Of a DNA stretch of 64,000 nt, positions 52,424-60,632 are shown piece by piece. Made by a program: the position numbers and the translations under genes. Under the pieces are notes generated by a model. The model saw only the letters and a program-made list of their open reading frames with translations. It did no database searches and was not told where the DNA came from. Positions within the stretch are counted from its first letter, which is position 1, and each line of letters opens with the position of its first letter. The stretch is from Aliiglaciecola sp. (GTDB lineage: Bacteria > Pseudomonadota > Gammaproteobacteria > Enterobacterales > Alteromonadaceae): positions 164,743 through 228,742 of the forward strand of contig NZ_JBDWYG010000039.1 of assembly GCF_039982535.1 (NCBI RefSeq), in the 5' to 3' direction.

Positions 52424-53918
52424 TAAAGGCTCTAATATCTTCAACTAGTGATTTGAGGGATGGTTCGTGAATGTACATCATATGTCCAGCCTCATAATAC
52501 TTCATCGTGACACGGTTAAGATCTATGCCATGATGATTCATGGAATGTTCAGTCGCAAAAAACGGAGTGGCTAAATCGTAATAACCATTTGCTACAAATA
52601 CTCTGAAGTCTTTATTTTGACGCATGCCTTTTGAAATGAACGGCGTAACGTTCATGAATCCTTGGCTACGTGCAGATTTCCCATATAACCAATTCCAATT
52701 CACAAATACTTCGCCACTTAATACATGATATGGCTCAGAGCGCTTCACATTAATGTCATTGGCAAAGTAATGTTGTATTGCCGCAGTATAAGCACCATCA
52801 ATTGCATAAGATGCTGGGTCAGCTTCAAAGTGGTCTACGACAATGTTAGCGTCTTCACCAAGGTATCGGCTGTCTAAGCGACCAATCACTTTGCCTTCGT
52901 CTCGCATAAGCTCTTTCATAAACAAGAATTCGCTAACACGTAGTTTGGATTGTTCGATGTATTGTTTTTTTAAGCCCGTATATGCATGCAATTTATTAAT
53001 GACGTTGCTCACTTCTTCAGGGGTAGCGAGCGCGCCTTTTAATAATACTGTGGCATATTCATTAAGAGCAAAATCTCGCGTATCAGCTATGAAGTCCTGC
53101 AAGCTATTCCACTGAGATTTATTCGGCACTTTATTGTGATACCAAGCTGTTGCGGCATAAGTTGGCAAGAATGTGACATAGGGTAAGTCATTACCTTCTG
53201 TGAAGTCTCCGGTTTGAAAATCAATAATAGATGAAATCAATAAAATTCCGTTTAAATCGATGGATCCCCAACCTTCCTGCAGTTCTTTGACCATTGCACC
53301 AGCGCGGGTGGTTCCATAACTTTCACCGGCTAAATATTTAGGAGAGTTCCAGCGGTTATTTTCAGTGATGTACACTCGCACAAATTCAGCAAGTATCTCC
53401 GCGTCTTCTTTGACTCCCCAAAATGCTTTGCCTTCATATTCGCCAAGGGGCTTTGAAAATCCGGTACCAACAGGGTCAATAAAGACTAAATCTGCAACAT
53501 CCAAAAGACTTAACGGATTATCTTTCAGATTGAAAGGCGCAGCCCCCATAGGTTCAGCATCACTTGGTAATACCACTCGTTTAGGGCCGAACAATCCCAT
53601 GTGCATCCAAACTGACGATGAACCTGGGCCACCATTGAATACAAATAATAAGGGTCTAGATTCAGTATTCTTTTTATCTGTTCGGGTATAAGCAATATGG
53701 AATATGCTGGCTTTAGGTTTGCCTTTAGCATCTAGTAAGTGGCTGTCTCCGGCACTGACTTTGTACTTAATAGAGGTGCCGTTAAATTTTCCTTTGTGTT
53801 CGGTAACACTCATTTGTGCTTCGGGAACAGATTGCGGACTTTCGCTATTCGGTTCATTTGCTTCAACGTGAAATGTTAGCAACAGAACAGTGCTTAATGT
53901 CATTATAATTTTTTTCAT
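52413..53918 (-). CDS. S10 family serine carboxypeptidase, secreted
   Basis: FNGGPGSSS, FIDPVGTGFS, GESYG (Ser), GYYDLATP (Asp), YEAGHMMY (His). Confidence 0.92.
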   Translation of the reverse strand: MKKIIMTLSTVLLLTFHVEANEPNSESPQSVPEAQMSVTEHKGKFNGTSIKYKVSAGDSHLLDAKGKPKASIFHIAYTRTDKKNTESRPLLFVFNGGPGSSSVWMHMGLFGPKRVVLPSDAEPMGAAPFNLKDNPLSLLDVADLVFIDPVGTGFSKPLGEYEGKAFWGVKEDAEILAEFVRVYITENNRWNSPKYLAGESYGTTRAGAMVKELQEGWGSIDLNGILLISSIIDFQTGDFTEGNDLPYVTFLPTYAATAWYHNKVPNKSQWNSLQDFIADTRDFALNEYATVLLKGALATPEEVSNVINKLHAYTGLKKQYIEQSKLRVSEFLFMKELMRDEGKVIGRLDSRYLGEDANIVVDHFEADPASYAIDGAYTAAIQHYFANDINVKRSEPYHVLSGEVFVNWNWLYGKSARSQGFMNVTPFISKGMRQNKDFRVFVANGYYDLATPFFATEHSMNHHGIDLNRVTMKYYEAGHMMYIHEPSLKSLVEDIRAFIIP

Positions 53919-54195
53919 AGTGTTCTACTTGTTATTGTTCTAATTGAAAATAGTGTTTGATAAACATTTTACCCAAGCAAATTTAATTTGGATATGGTTA
54001 ATGCCCCCTTACCTTAAAAATCCCTAAGCCAAAGGTAAAGTAAAGTTAACAGTCTGATTATAAGATTAAAAATCGAATATAAATTCAACAATAATATGCA
54101 TGGAAGCAAATTTTATATTGCCAAAATTTCTGTATTAATACTGTACAGCAGCAAATTAAATACCAGATTTTATTGAATTAATTTACAGATTTAAT

Positions 54196-54223
54196 TTGAC
54201 ACAACCTTAAAGTAAGGTATGCT
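54196..54223 (+). promoter_or_regulatory. Sigma70 promoter of the cold-shock gene
   Basis: TTGACA-16 bp-TATGCT, implying a 5' UTR of about 140 nt. Confidence 0.65.
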
Positions 54224-54368
54224 TCAAGCAGCTAAGAAAACCTCGTTAAAGATCTACATGTTCGTTGTTATATCGTTGTTCTTCGTCCTGTCGTTTTTAA
54301 GTTCGGTCTCTTTTTATGCTAAACCGCCAATTTTGGCACCCAATTTAATTTTTACAGGAAGATATAAT

Positions 54369-54578
54369 ATGTCTGATAAAGTAGTAGGAACTGTTAAGTG
54401 GTTCAACGAAGATAAAGGTTTTGGTTTCATCGAGCAGCAAGGCGGCCCTGATGTTTTCGCTCATTTCCGTTCAATCGTTGGTGACGGCTTCAAGACTCTT
54501 AAAGAAGGTCAAAAAGTTGAATTCACTATCGGCCAAGGCCAAAAAGGTCCTCAAGCTGAGAACATTCAAGTTATCTAA
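54369..54578 (+). CDS. Cold-shock protein (CspA family)
   Basis: [15 protein letters not shown] (RNP1), VFAHF (RNP2); start MSDK at 54369 with ACAGGAAG RBS; ORF-track N-extension is spurious. Confidence 0.95.
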   Translation: MSDKVVGTVKWFNEDKGFGFIEQQGGPDVFAHFRSIVGDGFKTLKEGQKVEFTIGQGQKGPQAENIQVI

Positions 54579-54622
54579 TTCAATTTATCGTTAGACTTGT
54601 CTGACGAATTGATAGAAAACTC

Positions 54623-54652
54623 AAAAAAGGCAATCTTATGATTGCCTTTTTT
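54623..54652. terminator. Bidirectional intrinsic terminator
   Basis: AAAAAAGGCAATC-TTAT-GATTGCCTTTTTT. Confidence 0.88.
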
Positions 54653-54681
54653 ATTGTCTTTTTTTAGGTTATTTGCACTTA

Positions 54682-55590
54682 TTAACGGTTTTCTTTAACC
54701 GGTACAAATGGGCTAATTCGCTGCCACACTTCCTCTGGTTCTAAGCGTGACTTACTGCCCACGACACAAAATAACCCTGGGCAGTCTTTAGAAAAACTCT
54801 TTTGCGTATCCCAAGTTTCATAGGGGTGGGAGTCGTGTATCAACAATAGTTGAGGGTGAGTTTGAGTGCCTGCCGTGATGTGAAAGTCATCGAGGTTTCG
54901 TTTTTTCATGGCGCATAAATAATAAAGAGAATACTCCGTCCATTTAAGCATCAAGAATCGTGAAATCCGCCAATTTCTTGGATCTTTAGGGTTATGTAAC
55001 GAACAGACGGCTTTTGCCCAATCCTTTTTCCAAAGAGTGCTTAACTCCTCCGTTAACTGTTTAGCCAACTTAGTGGATAATATTGCTGGAGTGACATGCA
55101 TTCCTTTTGATGTGTCTCCCACATTTGCCGACATTTTTAACAGTCGAGCAGATGACTTCCACCATTTAGGGTGAAAACTGCGGGGTTCGTATTGCAACAG
55201 TGCTTTACCTTGGTCAATTAGCTTTTCTATGGACAAGGGTTTTAAACAAATCACATCGGCATCAAAGGTAATATAAAACTCATCTGTAAATTGGCTGTGT
55301 GCGGCTATTTTTACAATTTGTTGTTTCCGCCAGCCGCGCATGTGTTCATGTTGGCTTAATTCTGGAACCAAGTCTTCTTCCGACATAACCACTGGATTAA
55401 ACTGTGACCAGCGCTGCACTTTTTCAGTGACTATCTGTACTTCGTCTGGTGGCGTCACAATCAAAAATTTTGAGAATAAACCGGGTTCACAGAATGCATC
55501 TAAGGTTTTGAATAGAATTTCAGTTCTACCTAAGTCGTCTACATCATAACTACCCCTAACACTCAAAGGTAAAATTGCACCTATTGTCAT
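54682..55590 (-). CDS. DUF6492-like, glycosyltransferase-like protein
   Basis: GWRKQQIVKI and YITFDADV (DxD); no signal peptide. Confidence 0.6.
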   Translation of the reverse strand: MTIGAILPLSVRGSYDVDDLGRTEILFKTLDAFCEPGLFSKFLIVTPPDEVQIVTEKVQRWSQFNPVVMSEEDLVPELSQHEHMRGWRKQQIVKIAAHSQFTDEFYITFDADVICLKPLSIEKLIDQGKALLQYEPRSFHPKWWKSSARLLKMSANVGDTSKGMHVTPAILSTKLAKQLTEELSTLWKKDWAKAVCSLHNPKDPRNWRISRFLMLKWTEYSLYYLCAMKKRNLDDFHITAGTQTHPQLLLIHDSHPYETWDTQKSFSKDCPGLFCVVGSKSRLEPEEVWQRISPFVPVKENR

Positions 55591-55775
55591 TCTTGAATCC
55601 TATTTAAAACATTTGTACTTCGGGACATAACTCAATCGGCTAATCTAATCGTAAAGGCTATGTAGTTATATTGCATCACTTTACTTTACTAGGGGCTGAA
55701 ATCAAAAGGCAATTCATTCACTTGCCTAAGATTTATCAAATAGCCATGATGGCTGTCCATATTTTATAAAGGCGG

Positions 55776-56678
55776 CTACCAAAAACACCAGTGTTTACAG
55801 TCTTGTTGCTGAAGGAATAACTCGGCGTCTTTACCTTGCAATAATGCCAAGGTTGCCAGCAAGCCACTTTGAATGCATTGCGGGGCTGCCACTGTCACCG
55901 AGCGTGGTGCCTGTTGTATGGGGTAGCCAGTTTTAGGGTTTAAAACATGGCCATATCGCAAGCCATCTTTTAATAGATAGCGGTTTGCATCACCGCTTGT
56001 GGCAAGTCCACCGGTGGCAATATTTACCATGGCTAAGCCCTTAGAAAGATTACTTGGGTCTTCAATACCCACTTGCCAATAAGGATGGTTTTTGCGGGCT
56101 TGTGTTACTTGTATATCACCACCGAAGTTAACTAAAACCGATACATTTGGTGCTAATTGCTGACAAGCTTTAGCAACACAATCAACCGCATATTCCTTAC
56201 CAATACCGCCAAAGTCCAATTCAAAACCTGTGGGTAAGGTGATTGAGTTGGCGGTAAATGATACCTGTTGCCAACCAATAAAAGGCAGCAATGCGGTTAT
56301 TTGTGGGTGTGTTGGGATCCTGTCAGAACCATCAAATTTCCAAACTTTTCTTAATACCCCAGAGGTGATATCAAATAATCCATCACTAATTTGATAACAA
56401 GTATCAGCGAACGTCAGCAGTTTTGCAGTTTCCGCATCAATAGTGACAGCTTGATTGTTGCTCTGATTTATTTCGAACATCAAATTGTTGTGCTGATAAC
56501 GGCTGTATTTGTTCTCGATGCGTTTGCATTCTAGGTAGGCGACTTGTGTAAGCTCTTTTGCGAGTTCGCTATCCCCACTATCCACTAAAATCTCACAGGG
56601 GCTCGCCATCGCAGAAAAGCGACCACAAATATGGTCGCTACGCTTTTCTATGGACAAAGGCAATTCAGAGCTTTGCAT
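55776..56678 (-). CDS. apbE: FAD:protein FMN transferase (ApbE family)
   Basis: FDITSG, LDFGGIGKEYAVD, VNFGGD, LATSGD, YGHVLNPKTG, SVTV. Confidence 0.92.
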   Translation of the reverse strand: MQSSELPLSIEKRSDHICGRFSAMASPCEILVDSGDSELAKELTQVAYLECKRIENKYSRYQHNNLMFEINQSNNQAVTIDAETAKLLTFADTCYQISDGLFDITSGVLRKVWKFDGSDRIPTHPQITALLPFIGWQQVSFTANSITLPTGFELDFGGIGKEYAVDCVAKACQQLAPNVSVLVNFGGDIQVTQARKNHPYWQVGIEDPSNLSKGLAMVNIATGGLATSGDANRYLLKDGLRYGHVLNPKTGYPIQQAPRSVTVAAPQCIQSGLLATLALLQGKDAELFLQQQDCKHWCFW

Positions 56679-56702
56679 ATATTGTTATACCCTAACAAGG
56701 GG

Positions 56703-57995
56703 CTAAAAACTGTAGCTTACCTGTGCTATCACCGCTTTTAAAGAAGGATATAAATCTTCGTCTGCTAATGTCCCTGGTTGTTCGAATCCGGCATTGTCTG
56801 GGGTTTGTTGATAATATTCCAAGCGAAATGCTAACTCGTTACCGTTTTCCAATTGCATACCGTATTTTAGCCCTAGGGTAATTGCTGTCATTTTTCCTAA
56901 CCGGTAGTCAGCACTGGCATGCTCAGGAAGTGCGGTTCCTTGAGACAAAAATGGATTGTAAAACTCTGCTTCATTTTGTTGGTAATAACGAATATGCGGT
57001 TGTATGTAGCTGGTTTCCGATAGGTTATATCGAAAACGAGAGTCAATCGTATGAGAGTCTATATCCCAATCATCCGTAGCAAAACGATAGGAAAAATCTA
57101 CTACACCTTGATCAAGGGCATACTTGGTTTGCCAATACATGCTGTGTTTGGTTCGTTCTGTGGGGCGAGATTCATAGACCACATCTTGGGTTAAACCTTG
57201 CTGATCCACAACACTAAGCACTTTGTAGGGGTCATTGTGATAACCATCCGACATGGACAAACTATAGTTAAACTGCATTAACATGCGACGATTAATCACT
57301 TGGGTGACACCCAACAATAAATCTACCGTATCTTTTTGTTCACTGCCTTGTAGACGAGTGGCATCAAAGGCTTGTTGATAAGCTTCTGAACTGTCGAACT
57401 GCCCGTTATCAACTACCATGCTAGAAAGATCTACGGGGCGACCTCCCACGGGATCTATACTATCAAACGCATAGGAAATGCCCGCCGACAGGGTGGTATT
57501 TCTCTGATTAAGATCCATATCCAGTGAGCCATTACCCACAATGGATAAATAGTCGTATTCTTTGGAAGCTTGTAAACCACCACTAATTCGGTAATTTTCA
57601 CCGATAGGCTGTGTCCATTGTCCACTGGCTTGTACACGGGTATCGTGAAATGTGTCATCTAGCGGTGTTTCACCTGCTTCAACGGTATAGGTTTCATTAC
57701 CTGAAGGACGAGTAAATGTTTGCACACCAGATTGGGCAACCGCGCCTGAGGCAGAAGCTCCGGTGAGTGTATCGATCACCAGTTTGCCATTAAAATAATG
57801 TTCATCGCCGAAGTCTTTGTTGGCATTAAATACCCCTTCAACTAGTTGTACCCGATCTGTTTCACCGTAATACAAAATAGCAGTATCAAACTTCCATTCT
57901 TCGCTGTTGTCTTCAGCTTGGACAGATGTGCCTAACAATGCGCATGAAGCTGCGGCAAGAGTAGCACTGACGTTTTTAGTTTGTTTTAGTTGCAT
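56703..57995 (-). CDS. DUF3570-like outer-membrane beta-barrel protein
   Basis: Signal peptide, DTLTGAS motif, YRFATDDWDIDSHT, SADYRLG, C-terminal aromatic strand QVSYSF; overlaps the DUF4266 stop. Confidence 0.8.
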   Translation of the reverse strand: MQLKQTKNVSATLAAASCALLGTSVQAEDNSEEWKFDTAILYYGETDRVQLVEGVFNANKDFGDEHYFNGKLVIDTLTGASASGAVAQSGVQTFTRPSGNETYTVEAGETPLDDTFHDTRVQASGQWTQPIGENYRISGGLQASKEYDYLSIVGNGSLDMDLNQRNTTLSAGISYAFDSIDPVGGRPVDLSSMVVDNGQFDSSEAYQQAFDATRLQGSEQKDTVDLLLGVTQVINRRMLMQFNYSLSMSDGYHNDPYKVLSVVDQQGLTQDVVYESRPTERTKHSMYWQTKYALDQGVVDFSYRFATDDWDIDSHTIDSRFRYNLSETSYIQPHIRYYQQNEAEFYNPFLSQGTALPEHASADYRLGKMTAITLGLKYGMQLENGNELAFRLEYYQQTPDNAGFEQPGTLADEDLYPSLKAVIAQVSYSF

Positions 57996-58210
57996 CCACA
58001 ACCTCCGCCTGCAAATGAACGACCACCACTTGTGGCTTCTTTACTAAAATAAATGTGATCATCCAAGCCAATGTCTACCCCTTCAGAATCAAGGGCCATT
58101 TCATCCTTAGCGAGTAAATCACGCTCCCAGGGTTGCACACCTAAATTTGCACAGCCTGCAAGTTGCATCACGGCCATAATGGTAATAATAACTATGGTTT
58201 TTCGTTTCAT
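57986..58210 (-). CDS. DUF4266-like small lipoprotein
   Basis: Lipobox LAGC, VQPWERDLLA, HIYFSKEA, C-terminal GGGCGCN. Confidence 0.85.
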   Translation of the reverse strand: MKRKTIVIITIMAVMQLAGCANLGVQPWERDLLAKDEMALDSEGVDIGLDDHIYFSKEATSGGRSFAGGGCGCN

Positions 58211-58223
58211 TTTCTCGGCTCTC

Positions 58224-58679
58224 CTATTGTTTTAGTAGCGCGACGATTTCTTGTTCATAAGATGCGGATTTATCTAAATGAAATCCTTTGTGAGCGACCA
58301 CAAGTTCACCTTGTTTGTTGATCAAGTAACTGGTCGGCATACCTGGAATTTTGTATTGGCTGGCTAAACTGCCTTGGGGATCGTAGGCAATATTGAATTG
58401 CGCAGGGTATTTGCGTAAGAATTTTTGGGCTAATTTGGCATCGGTATCCAAATTTACAGCCAACACCACCAATCCCTCAGAGGCGTATTTATTGGTAATT
58501 TCATTCATCCAAGGAAAGGACTTTCGGCAGGGTTTACACCAGGAGGCCCAGAAATCTAAATATACTACTTTGCCTTTGTAATCACTTAACTGAATGTCTT
58601 GCAATCGAAAGTCAGGCGCAGGTAAAGCACTAGATGGTAAGTGCACTAGTAACAGTAGGGTTAACAGTAAAAGACGCAT
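58224..58679 (-). CDS. TlpA family thiol-disulfide oxidoreductase, exported
   Basis: Signal peptide, LDFWASWCKPC, cis-Pro GMPTSY. Confidence 0.92.
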   Translation of the reverse strand: MRLLLLTLLLLVHLPSSALPAPDFRLQDIQLSDYKGKVVYLDFWASWCKPCRKSFPWMNEITNKYASEGLVVLAVNLDTDAKLAQKFLRKYPAQFNIAYDPQGSLASQYKIPGMPTSYLINKQGELVVAHKGFHLDKSASYEQEIVALLKQ

Positions 58680-58709
58680 AAAATACTTACTCTAAACAAC
58701 AATGCTTAT

Positions 58710-58742
58710 AGAGTAAGTTATCAACCTTAAGGGAATCTTAAG
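58710..58742 (-). promoter_or_regulatory. QseB/PmrA-type direct-repeat box and -10 for the tlpA operon
   Basis: - strand CTTAAG-ATTCC-CTTAAG-GTTGATAACT-TACTCT. Confidence 0.7.
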
Positions 58743-58797
58743 CTAAATGAATGAGAATTATATTTTTTACTGAGTGGCTGGTTTTACGGTATGAATA

Positions 58798-59511
58798 TTA
58801 AAATTCGTACTCAAGAACAAAGCGCAAAGTATGATCTTTATTGTCGCCATTCAAGCCAGAGATAAAACCTAATTCCCATTTTAATTGTTTTTGGCCTTGG
58901 TAACGTTGAATCCCCATAAATGCTGGACCAATTCCGACGAACTTTTCTCCCGTGTAGATTTCCACTGAAGGTTGTAACCATGGGTGCCAACGATATCTGT
59001 ATTTGAGTCTGAATTGGGGAATAACCTCGCTTTCAGTGTCAATGTCTCTATCGCTTCCCCAGGTATAAGTCAGTAAAAAGTTAGTGGTTAAACTGGTTTG
59101 CCCAAATTCTTTTTCAATCAAGATGCCAGATGTGGCTTCCCAAAGATCTTTGCTATGGGCTTTTTCAACTTCAAACAACGCGCCCCAATCAGCCCAATAT
59201 TGCCCTTGTTCTGTGAGCATCCAGCGAGCCTCGACTTCATAGGAAGCTAAACCAAAATCATCGTTTTCATCTCTGGCGCCCACTAAATAAAACTCTAACA
59301 TCAAATGCTCTGAAACTGCTTTTCCAAAAGCAAAACGTTGGGTCAGCAGATTACCATCATCATTTTGGCGAGAAGCAAATCGCCATTCCACTTCCCGTTC
59401 ATTGGGTAAAACATAGGGGTGGTAGACTTTATCTACTGAGCCTTCATCGGCGAAGGCTACCGGGCAGAGCATTATGTTTACGAGTAAACTTAAGAAACTG
59501 AAAAACCTCAT
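58798..59511 (-). CDS. Uncharacterised exported protein, predicted small beta-barrel
   Basis: Signal peptide, DKVYHPYV, alternating amphipathic strands, C-terminal LEYEF. Confidence 0.7.
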   Translation of the reverse strand: MRFFSFLSLLVNIMLCPVAFADEGSVDKVYHPYVLPNEREVEWRFASRQNDDGNLLTQRFAFGKAVSEHLMLEFYLVGARDENDDFGLASYEVEARWMLTEQGQYWADWGALFEVEKAHSKDLWEATSGILIEKEFGQTSLTTNFLLTYTWGSDRDIDTESEVIPQFRLKYRYRWHPWLQPSVEIYTGEKFVGIGPAFMGIQRYQGQKQLKWELGFISGLNGDNKDHTLRFVLEYEF

Positions 59512-60266
59512 AGGTTTGGCTCCTTATTTACTTTTTTAGTTGAGTTGCTGAAACGCCTTAGCAAAACAGGCAGTATTAACGCGACTAAGTAGATCAAAAT
59601 ATATAATCCTGTGGGAGATGACTCATAACCTATTAATGTGGCAAGAAACTGACCTATTTCATTTTCATCTGAAATGAATTGTTTGCTACTCCAAATTTGT
59701 TGTGAAGTGACTAAATCTGTTTGTTGCAGCAGGTAGGCAATGTGGGAAAACTGACCCACAACAAAGACTAAAAACAGATAGCGCGCTACCTTCACTTTTT
59801 GTAGCGGTTTTAATAGCAATACCAGCAATGTTGCAATGCTGGTACAGATACCAACCCCTAAAATTAACCCTAAAAATAGCGAATGACTCTGCTCATTCAC
59901 ACGCCAGAAACTGACATAAAACAGCAGTAAGTTACTGGCATTAAGAATAATGATACAAGTGACAAACACAGTGGCTAAAAGCCGCCCTGTGAAATTGTAC
60001 CTGAGTTGATGATTCACGAAAAAGGCACCGGCAATAAGGTAACCGATGATCAGCAACAGGATTTTAAGAAACTCAAACCCCAAACCATCGGCGAATTGGG
60101 AAATATAACCGATGTTATTGAACACCAGTAAACAAACAATCGTTCCGCAGCCAATACCCAGCGGTAACCAGTGTCGCCAATTGGGTATCAACACTATTAA
60201 AATGGCTATGGCCCAAAATATCGGCAAAGCATCTTTTAGGAACAGTACCACTGTACTACTTAGCAT
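59508..60266 (-). CDS. FTR1/FtrC-like permease (degenerate)
   Basis: About seven TMs, GLILGVGIC, GQFLATLIGYESSP; follows the cupredoxin; canonical RExxE motifs absent; start at MLSSTVV. Confidence 0.68.
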   Translation of the reverse strand: MLSSTVVLFLKDALPIFWAIAILIVLIPNWRHWLPLGIGCGTIVCLLVFNNIGYISQFADGLGFEFLKILLLIIGYLIAGAFFVNHQLRYNFTGRLLATVFVTCIIILNASNLLLFYVSFWRVNEQSHSLFLGLILGVGICTSIATLLVLLLKPLQKVKVARYLFLVFVVGQFSHIAYLLQQTDLVTSQQIWSSKQFISDENEIGQFLATLIGYESSPTGLYILIYLVALILPVLLRRFSNSTKKVNKEPNL

Positions 60267-60600
60267 TTTGACGCTCCTCAACGGGTACCACGTTAACGAA
60301 GCCAATGGCTGTATTTGGATGATACTCGCCAAAATAACGATACCTTCCTGCATCTAAAGGACCTACATAGATACTCGACCGGCTTTTGGCAAATACGACT
60401 TTTTCTCTATTGAGGTCAAAACTATCAATTTCTTCAGGGGTGTCATCCAGATTGATAAAGGTGATTTTTACTTTTTTGTGCTGGGGAATATCAACTTCTG
60501 GTGGGTAAAACAAATGGTTCCGAATGGTGATAGTAATTTCGTCGATAGCACAGGCTTTAAATGACAGGGCAAGTAACATTAGCATCATGAATTTTTGCAT
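60256..60600 (-). CDS. FtrB/EfeO-like cupredoxin
   Basis: Signal peptide; FYPPEVDIP, EEIDSFDLNREK, YFGEYH; no Cys in the mature C-terminal loop; start at MQKFM. Confidence 0.82.
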   Translation of the reverse strand: MQKFMMLMLLALSFKACAIDEITITIRNHLFYPPEVDIPQHKKVKITFINLDDTPEEIDSFDLNREKVVFAKSRSSIYVGPLDAGRYRYFGEYHPNTAIGFVNVVPVEERQNAK

Positions 60601-60632
60601 GATGTTTTCAAGTACTTTTCTGCGCACGTTAC

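Noticed and set aside
54000-54030. Third copy of the TTAAG direct-repeat box upstream of the S10 peptidase
   Set aside because: One half-site is degenerate and there is no TA...T hexamer at the 10-nt spacing seen in the two real copies
54219-54368. 50-aa hydrophobic N-terminal extension on the cold-shock protein
   Set aside because: The ATG lies inside the -10 element; the true start with RBS is at 54369 and the stretch is the 5' UTR
58746-58766. Fur box upstream of tlpA (AATGAGAATTATA), and a similar AATGACAAT near 62663
   Set aside because: Only about 11/19 match in AT-rich DNA, with one half-site poor
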